The notes beneath the pieces are model-generated. The model searched no databases. It was not told the origin of the DNA and worked only from the letters and a program-made list of their open reading frames with translations. Made by a program: the position numbers and the translations under genes. A DNA stretch of 64,000 nucleotides. It comes from the human T2T-CHM13v2.0 reference genome, Homo sapiens. Of the stretch, positions 50,065 through 64,000 are shown piece by piece (position 1 is the first letter of the stretch; the number at the start of each line of letters is the position of its first letter). Where the stretch lies: the NCBI RefSeq assembly GCF_009914755.1, contig NC_060929.1. One strand, 5' to 3'.

Positions 50065-51040
50065 ATTCATTCATTCAATAAATATTTACTAAGCACCTAT
50101 AGTATACCAGGTACTAGGCTAGGAGCTAGAAAAACTGCAGGAAACAAAAATTCTCTGCTCTCATGGAGTTCATGTTCCAGGAACCAGGAAACAGACACTA
50201 AATAAATAAGCAATATCTCAGGTGGTGGAACATGCTATGAAGAAAAATAAAGCAAATGAAGGGGAATCTTTGTATACAGAGTGCTAAAGGAAAGCCTCTA
50301 ATAAAGTAACATTTGAGCTGAGCCTAAAAGAAGAATGGGAACAAATTATGTAATTATCTAGGAGGAAAGCGAAACTGGGAGAGGGAATAGCAACTGCAAA
50401 GGTCCCCAAGTAGAAGCCTGCTTGGCATGTTCGAGGAATATTAGAGAGAAATAGGATGTAGAGTCAAAGGTGTTAACTGCAGGCCAGAAGACACAGAATT
50501 TTACAAGCCATGATAAGGCTTTGGCTTTTACTCCAAGGAAGATGAAAAGCTATCGTACGTTTTAAGCAGTCATGTGATCTGGCATATTAAAAGTAAAACT
50601 ATGGCAGCAATGTGAAGAATTAACTGTCAACAGTAAAGGTAGCCACAGGAGGTTACTTCAGGATTTCATGAGACAGATGGTGGCTGAGACCAGGTTGACA
50701 GCAATAAAGGAACTGAGAAGCAATCAAATCCTAGCTTGATTGTGAAGGAAGAAATGAAATGCATGGTAGAAAGTGAAAGAAACAGGGAAGTTAAAAATGG
50801 TTCCTAAGTTTTAGCCCTGGGTCATTGGCTGTTAGCCAAGATGGTGAAAACTGTGGGAAGAGCAGGTTTGGGAGAGTAATAAAGAGTTCATTTTGGGCCG
50901 GGTTGAGTTTTAAATGTCTTGCGAACATCCAAATGGAAATGTAAAGTCAGCAGTGAGCAAATAAGTCTGGTGTAAGAAGAGATCTTAAAGCAAGAGATGT
51001 ACATTTAGGGGTGGTCAGCATATGGATGGTATTTAAAACC
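50065..51040 (-). mobile_element. L2a LINE
   Basis: (ATTC)n AATAAATATTTACTAAGCACCTATAG...CTCATGGAGTT and L2 body. Confidence 0.75.
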
Positions 51041-51490
51041 TAGCACTCAACAAATGAGAAGAGGTAAGAGTGAAACAAGTTTGAGTCAGCCAGTTCAGGA
51101 GAAAAACCTAAGCATCTTTAAGTTATTGCCTGCATAACAAAGCAGAAGCTGAGCAGGAAATAGTTATTTGTAGACTCTATAACTGGCAACTGTAAAACAA
51201 CAGTAAGATTACTGCCCTTTTGAAACCTTGGATTCCTGAAATTTTGTTATCTATATGTTCAGGTATAAGCAGGATGGGGAAAAACCCTTTCTACTACCGC
51301 ATTCTCACTAGTGAGGCTAACTGACATCATGTGGGCATTTGGAGGTCAAGAGTTTTTACTAGCAGATCACTGTTGGTTTTACAGCAATGGGGCACCAAAC
51401 ATTACCAGAAGAGCATCTTTCCAGGAGACAGGAAAGAATGAGAAGATAACAGCTGATAAGCACAAGGGCAAAACATGAACACAGGCTTAA

Positions 51491-51904
<414 letters not shown>

Positions 51905-51964
51905 TAGGTTAACAAAAAAGATGAAAAGATGACTGGACTATATTTAATTAATAAACAGAGCTTA

Positions 51965-52123
<159 letters not shown>

Positions 52124-52172
52124 TTAATAAATTAGTACTAAGTATGATTAATAATATATTTACACATATTCT

Positions 52173-52969
<797 letters not shown>

Positions 52970-53279
52970 CTAAAGGAAGAGGGGAAGGAGACTTTTTTGC
53001 TGTATACCTTTTCGTATTTTTAAATTCTTTTAATTTTTCACCTTTTAACCTATCATACATACAGACTAAAATTTTTCTTTTAGTATCATTTATATGGATA
53101 TTAAAACATATAGAAATTGGTGTAACCAGCATTATATAGTCAGATACAGAACAGTTCCATCATCCCAAAAGACTCTCTCATGTCATAGATACATTTCCCC
53201 ATCCATAACCTCTTATACCTTTGAAATTCTGGTTCATGTGCATGTGGTTTCTAGTTTTTTTGGTTTCTCTGTGTTTTAA

Positions 53280-53617
53280 ATTTTTTTTCCTGTTTTTTAA
53301 TTTTTTTTTTTTTTTTTTTTTTTTGAGACAGGGTGTCACTCTATCACCCAGGGTGGAGTGCCGTGTCACAATCAGAGCTCACTGCAGCGTTAACCTCCCC
53401 AGGCTCAGGTGATCAGGTGATCCTCCCATCTCAGCCTCCCAAGTAGCTGGGACTACAGGCAGGCCCCACCACACCCAGATAATTTTTTTGTATTTTTCTG
53501 TAGAAATGATGTTTTACCATATTGACCAGGATGGTCTCAAACTCCTCAGTTCAAGCAATCCACCAGCCTCAACTTCCCAAAGTGCTAGGATTATAGGTGT
53601 GAGCCACCATGCCCAGC
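53280..53617 (-). mobile_element. AluJ SINE
   Basis: Long T tract plus reverse Alu. Confidence 0.88.
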
Positions 53618-54650
53618 CTCTATTTTTTTAAATGCAGTTAAAAATAAAGGGAAAAAAAAAATCAAGTCATTTTATCTTTCCATTTTAAATGTTATCACTA
53701 GACAGTCGGTGGTGACAGAATTTGGGTTTAGGACATAATCCCAAAAGACACAATCCCAAATGCCATAATCCCAAATGTTGAAATCCCAAAAGATCAAAAT
53801 CCCTAAAATCTAAAATTCCAAAAATCACAATCCCAAAAGAACAAAATCCAAAAAATTGAATTCTGGAAAAATAATTTGTAAAAAGTTCTCTAAAAGACAC
53901 TTATTTCCATTTTTAAAAGATTTATTTGAGAAACATAAAAACACAACGGAACAGTTCATAGGCCCCTTTACACAATAAAATAGGCACTAATAACATATTT
54001 TTGCAAGCATAAATACTCAGGTATACTAACAACCATTGCATGGGTATAATAGGAACAGAGAAAATGTATTCATGAAGAAATAGATTAAAAAGCAAAATGG
54101 ATAAACACGTATCACTATGGTTGGTAATCAGGTGCACCCAGATTCATAACTGCGGTCATCTGAAATACCAGACAACCTGAATCTTCTGACAAGATCGATC
54201 AAAAACTGCAATGGGTCACTACCGTTTGCACAAAAACTGCAATAGAGTCACCCAAAGAGCCAAGATCTTGAGAAATTTTATCTTTCACAAATACAGATGA
54301 ACAAAACGGACATCTCTTCATTTACTGAGCAAGTTTCAACATTTTTATGTACATGCACAATGCTTACACATTACGTCACATTGTGATAATGCACTTTCAT
54401 GGAGTCAAATATGCAAAAAAAAAGTGCATAAAATGAATTAGAATTCTCTAAAAGCCTTTACAGAATTTATACCTGCAGTATTAGAAATGATGCAAAGATA
54501 AAATACATAGCATAGCAAATTGGCACTATGTGTGAAAGGGCAGAAGTCATACCTGATTGAATAATTTGGCAGGGGAGCTTTCTTATATTTTTCACCTGCA
54601 TATTCACTTCTATGATCTTCAAAACATTCACTTGTGTTTAGACTAGAGCG

Positions 54651-54854
54651 GTTGTGGTCTAAATATTTTGTAAGTATATGCTGACCATTTAGAAATCTGG
54701 TTATTGCTTGGCCATTGCAATTAAGTGATTTTCTGTCTTCACAACACCAATAATAATTAGCTTTTAAACTTTTCTCTTTCAGCATTAAGTAGCCTGGTAT
54801 ACTTAATTTATCACAGCCTTTTTGCAAGGGAACAATTTCACAGGTCTCTTCCAC
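54651..54854 (-). pseudogene. FLYWCH-type zinc-finger remnant of a MULE transposase N-terminus
   Basis: VEETCEIVPLQKGCDKLSIPGYLMLKEKSLKANYYWCCEDRKSLNCNGQAITRFLNGQHILTKYLDHN: KG..L...GY...W.C......C...A...HN pattern. Confidence 0.7.
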
Positions 54855-54911
54855 TGTGCTGTAAGGAATACAGTAAGAAGGAATGATATTTGGCTTTCTC
54901 AATACCAAATC

Positions 54912-55560
54912 CGTATTAGTCAGCATTCTCGACAGACATAATTCTCGACAGACAGCATTCTTGAGAGACATAACCAATAAGATATACATATACATAGATA
55001 TATGAGAGACGATTTATTAGGGGAATTGGCTCATGCGATTATAGTGGCTGATAAGTTCCAGGACAGGTCATTTTCAAGCTGGAGACCCTGGCATGCTGGT
55101 AGCTTGGCTCAGTCCAAAGACCTCAGAACCAAGCCAAACCAGGTCTCAGTCTGAGGCTGAAAGCCCAGGACCCAGGGGGCTGCTGGTGTATGTCCTAGAG
55201 TCCGAATGCCAACAAGCCTGGAGTTCTGATGTTCAATTCAGCAGAAGAAAAGTCCGTTCCAGCTCTCAGAAAGGCAACAATTTGTTTTCTCTGGGCCCCC
55301 AGCAGATTTAATGGTGGCCACCGCTATTGAGGGCAGATCTTCCCCACCTAGTCCACTCAGACTCACATACTAATCTCCTCACAGACAAACCCAAAATAAT
55401 GCTTTAACAAGTTTCTAGGTATTTCTTAATCCAGTCAAGTTGACACCTAAAATTAAATCCATGAATCCACCCCTCGTCAATTTGGCACCCATAAACCATC
55501 TCCTTAAACCATACTTAATTTCCAAATAAATACAATAAAAAGGCAATCGGTTCCACCTAA
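54912..55560 (-). mobile_element. MLT2 (ERV-L) LTR plus adjacent ERV-L 3' internal sequence carried inside the Ricksha
   Basis: GTATTAGTCAG...GAATTGGCTCATGCGATT...AATCCAGTCAAGTTGACACCTAAAATTAA, then CCACCCCTCGTCAATTTGGCACCCAT. Confidence 0.75.
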
Positions 55561-57996
55561 TATGATGCAAGTAAAATGATGCAACTATCTTTCATACAAC
55601 CGAACGTGCACTAATTTCTACCCCAGGTGTTGGCTTTCAGCATTTCAACATTTGGGATTTTAATCTTTCATGATTCTGATTTTCAGGATTTCAGATGTGT
55701 GAGATTTTTAGAATTTAGGGATTCTGATTTTTAGAGATTTTGATCTTTCAGTATTTCAACATTTGGGATTATGGCATTAGGGATTTGGTCTTTTGGGGAT
55801 ATGATCACCAGTAGAATTTAGACAGTCATGAGGCTAAGTCTCCAAAAATTTAACCTTTGTGCACCCTTTCTCAGGAACCTACTGGAGAATATATATTCCA
55901 TCAAAATCAGGAAGAAACCCAAGAAAGATGGCATGGAATCCAGCAAAGAAGGGATCCAATATAGGAGAAAAACTAAGAGAATCTCAAAATGGTGAAGCAA
56001 AGTCACAGTAACATATGGAGAAGGCCTAGAAGGCAACAAATCCAGACAGGAATGTGACAGAGAATCCAAGATAGTTATTTCTGAGGGATTTTACAAAGGC
56101 ACTGGAAGATGTAAGAAATTAAGCTTTAGGTAAAAAAATTAAACAAATGAAAAAAATGAGATAATTCATGAATGCCAGTAAAATTAAAGTTCTGTAAGAA
56201 ATAAAACATAGTCATAGATACTGACTTAGCAAATAGTATTTACACAGCCACAATTATGAAAAAACCAAATATAGGTTTTATTAAAAGTACGATATAACTA
56301 TATTAGGAGGATGGGGGTGTAGTATGAAATGTATAAGAGAAAGAAGGAAGGCAACCCTATAATCACAGCTGAAATCAACTGTGGAAATGAAGCACATTCT
56401 AATTTCTAATAAGGCTTTCTCCAATCTCCAGTACTAATTAGATGTGATTAAGAGCAGCCAACTTGACTGTTAAAGCTTGCTTCAGGAAGTATCTTTTTTC
56501 TTAGAACAAGTATGTTGAAACCTAAGCATGGTGCTAAACACATCCTCCAAGAATCTCCAAGCTCTGGCTTGGCACAGACTTTCTCTTGACAGCTGCTCAG
56601 CTGAAACAGGACTGGGAAATAGCCACAATACTGGATAATACTGGTGGACTCAAGACTTGGAAAGAATACTAAGACAGAATCCAATTTGGGCCTGAACTCC
56701 CAAACCATCACAAACCAACCAAACTCCTATGATACCCTGCTCAACTGAACTTCAACCCCAATTAACTTTAAGAAATGACTGGAGCTTATCCAAAACTCTG
56801 GACATATATCCTGTCATTTAATAAGGAACTGGAATAGGAATTCAAAGCATTCTCTCAAATTCATTATTTTGGCATTATGTACTGAGCATCTCCTACATGC
56901 CAGTTAATGCTGCTGGGGAAAACAGTATTGACCAAAAGCAACCTGGGCTATGGGACCTTCCCGGCCTGTAATGATGACAAAAATAACAGTAAAGTGAGAA
57001 AAAGCAAAAAGTCTTATAATACAAAAGAATAAAACAAAAAAATGAATAGACATTAAACTCATCCATGAAATGCATGATTGTATTAGCAAAATTTATTAAC
57101 TATTTTCAGAGTGATAAGAAAATATAGGAGGTATGAAATTAGAGCAGAGCAAGAAGAATTTTACAATACAATTAAAATCATTTAGAAAACAGTAGGTAGT
57201 AGCAATAATAATGTGATGGGAAATTTTATAGAACACACAACAAAAAATGAGGAGGAAATTAGCAAAAATAGGAGGGAAGGTGGTAACTACGGAATAGGGA
57301 ATTGAGTATAATTTAACTCATGAGTAATACGGAGCAGAATATTAATCCACCTGTAAATAACAGAAGCCCCCCAACCACCCAAAAGAAGGCATAATAAGCA
57401 GAACAAAATCCATAACCAATCAAGATATACCATAAAACTTTTTTCTAATACTTGAGCATTTCATCAAATTATAAATTAATTGTTTTAAAGTATGGTGGTA
57501 TAACTTCTTCCCTTTTGAAGTAATAGAAGAAATCACAAAAGTATGATCGTATCACAGTGGCAGGAATAGAGGCAGTGCCCTGACAGCCATGCCAAGAGAT
57601 CATTCAAATTCATAAACACACACACAAATTACATGATCAGGATCTTTTCTTTTTTAATCTGTAGTTTTCCTTCTAAGAATTTGATTTAAAAGTTGATGAA
57701 AAAAATGTGCATAAATATGTTCATTACAGTGTATTATGTAAGAACAAAAGGCTGACCAATTTCAGAGAACAGTTTAATACATTGTTATTCCAACCTAACA
57801 GACTCTCATAGGAAAACTATAGAAAATGTTCTTATAAACATAAAAAAAAATTATATATGCATTTTACATTTTTTAGCTACACAAAAAAATTCATATAAAA
57901 ATGTTAATATGCTAAAATGAAAAGTTATTCCACTGTGATCCTTTTTGAATTTTACTTGCTGCTTTGTATTCTTATCAGTTAGAAAAAAAATTTCCA

Positions 57997-58290
57997 AGGC
58001 CGAGTGCGGTGGCTCAAGCCTGTAATCCCAGCACTTTGGAGGACGAGGTGGGTGGATCACAAGGTCAGGAGTTCGAGACCAGTTTGGCCAACATGCTGAA
58101 ACCCCATCTCTACTAAAAATACAAAAAAAATTAACCAGGCGTGTTGGCACGCACCTGTAATCCCAGCTACTTAGGAGGCTGAGGCAGGAGAATCGCTTGA
58201 ACCCGAGAGGCGGAGGTTACAGTGAGCGGAGATCATGCCACTGCACTCCAGCCTGGGCGACAGAGCGAGACTCCATCTCAAAAAAAAAAA
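57997..58290 (+). mobile_element. AluS SINE
   Basis: AAAAAAATTTCCAA TSD. Confidence 0.9.
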
Positions 58291-58424
58291 TTTCCAAAGG
58301 GGAAAAAAACAATTGGAAGTAGTATTAGCAGATTCACCTTTTTTGGAAGTAGAGTTGAATAGGGTTGAACCCCTAATTCCAATTGCACATGTGAAAGCAG
58401 TATGTATACAAAGCATAGATTTTA

Positions 58425-58640
58425 TAGTCGCACAGACCTCGGTTTTATTCCTGTTTGAAGGTACTTACTAGATGTTTGACTTGGGCAAGTTAAAGAAACT
58501 ACAACCTTCTATTTACTCATCTTTAAAATAAGAATACCACATACTCCATAAGGGTGACTATAACAGATACATGGAATAGTGTTTGTAAAGCACTTTCCAC
58601 AATGCCTGGCATATAGCAAGTGATTGATAAATAAATGGTA
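58425..58640 (+). mobile_element. MIR SINE
   Basis: TGACTTGGGCAAGTT...CTCATCTTTAAAAT...GTAAAGCACTT...TGCCTGGCATATAG. Confidence 0.7.
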
Positions 58641-59733
58641 GCCTTTATTATTTAGGGTTATTTATTTTCCACTGCTCCCAGACCTGTTCCCCCATCTGTA
58701 TCTAATCAGCCCTGAATTATTTGTTTTAATCTCTGAATAGCCAGTTTTATCTCAGCTCTGATTGGTGATACCTATCCATGTAGATGCAATAGCATTCCTT
58801 TATCCAGGTACATAAGTGCTAAATAAATAATAGCTGTCATTTTAATGTATCTAGCTCCCATTCCCATATACTTCAATCCCTCCAACCCGCTCCACCACTC
58901 CTACCCCACCACCACTACCACCAATCCTCAGATTTCTACCTTCCAAAGTTCAACTCATTTCCTGACTTTGGTTAATGTTCAACAGATTACTATCAGACAT
59001 ATATACACATAACACCAATCCTTGACAGTGATTTCACCTACTACAGGAACACTTGTTTGGTCACAGAAGAACACAGAGGAAAAAAGCAGCTTAATTTGAT
59101 GTGAGTTTTAATAAACAAGGGCTCTTTTTTTAACAAAAACAATTTTTTACAACATAAATCTAGTTCCTTTACAATACATAATTAAAGTATACAACTTACT
59201 AGTTAATATTTGCAGCATACTCACTTTGTACCCAAACATACTGACACACTCTCACCAACCTGGAAGACTTGGCATTATTAGCAACATTTTACAGGAAACT
59301 GAGGCACAGAAAGATGAAATAACTTGCCCAAAGTTACACAGCTAATGAGTGGAAAAGCCAAAACTTCAACCCAGGTCAGACTCTTAAAGTTATGCTTTTT
59401 CCGAACATGGTTAAGTGAAATTTGATTTTTTTAAAAAGATAATCCTCAGAAGACATGTAAAAATACACATCCTTTTAATAAAACATAAATGGAAGTTAAA
59501 CATATCAGAGAAATTCTTAATGTATATACAGTTTTGAAAAGAATAGACTGAATTCCTTGTAGTAATAAGAATTATCCAGAAATGCATTCAATCATACAAA
59601 TTCATTCATTCAAGAAATATTTGAGTACCAGCACCTACTATGTGCCAGGCACTGCTACTATGACCTCCTTCCTGTATCAGAACATGAATCCAGTGTACTG
59701 AAAACCTGCCTCATATCAATTTCAATGTCTTAG

Positions 59734-60062
<329 letters not shown>

Positions 60063-60164
60063 CACAGACATTTTACTAATACATTCTATCAAACCAATTT
60101 AAAAGTTACTCAAAAACTAAGAAAGAAAGCATAAAACTAAAAGTATACAAAATATAAAAACAAG

Positions 60165-60958
<794 letters not shown>

Positions 60959-60974
60959 TTAGTTTATCAGTTGA

Positions 60975-64000
<3,026 letters not shown>

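Larger units (their letters stand above)
53724..55809. mobile_element. Ricksha-type MULE/MuDR non-autonomous DNA transposon (composite)
   Basis: Long imperfect TIRs built of AATCCCAAA subrepeats; flanks GACAGAATTT / AGTAGAATTT as degraded TSD; FLYWCH-like ORF remnant; internal MLT2/ERV-L piece. Confidence 0.8.

Noticed and set aside
53724-53860. Regularly spaced AATCCCAAA motifs resembling an array or iterons
   Set aside because: Subterminal repeats of the transposon TIR, mirrored at 55.63-55.81 kb; no spacer structure and not a CRISPR array
56345-57100. Unassigned, moderately GC-rich block in PRKAA1 intron 1
   Set aside because: No family, coherent ORF or RNA structure that I can support; may be an old LTR or unique DNA

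Overview
Primate (human-type) genomic DNA, AT-rich and dense in Alu, L1 and L2 repeats, carrying two tandem minus-strand genes recognised from their translated exons. TTC33 (TPR-domain protein) is represented by its CpG-island promoter and non-coding exon 1 near 30.2-30.4 kb and coding exons 2-4; its last exon lies left of the window. PRKAA1 (AMPK catalytic subunit alpha-1) is represented by coding exons 2-9, a 45-nt cassette exon and a ~3.4 kb 3'UTR; its exon 1 lies right of the window. All exon boundaries were read as GT-AG junctions and join in frame. Most of the supplied ORFs are Alu, L1 or microsatellite artefacts. I see no new gene system. The most notable unexplained or unusual structures are: a perfect 123-bp tandem duplication in PRKAA1 intron 5 that could create a pseudo-exon; a composite Ricksha/MULE transposon with a FLYWCH remnant and a captured ERV-L LTR; a full-length Tigger1; an interstitial (TTAGGG)n tract; a perfect 20-bp-arm hairpin inside a MER58; inverted ZNF143-type motifs at the TTC33 start; inverted Alu pairs around exons and in the 3'UTR; and PRKAA1-to-TTC33 read-through geometry. 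Repeat family names are from recall of consensus sequences, and their boundaries are approximate.
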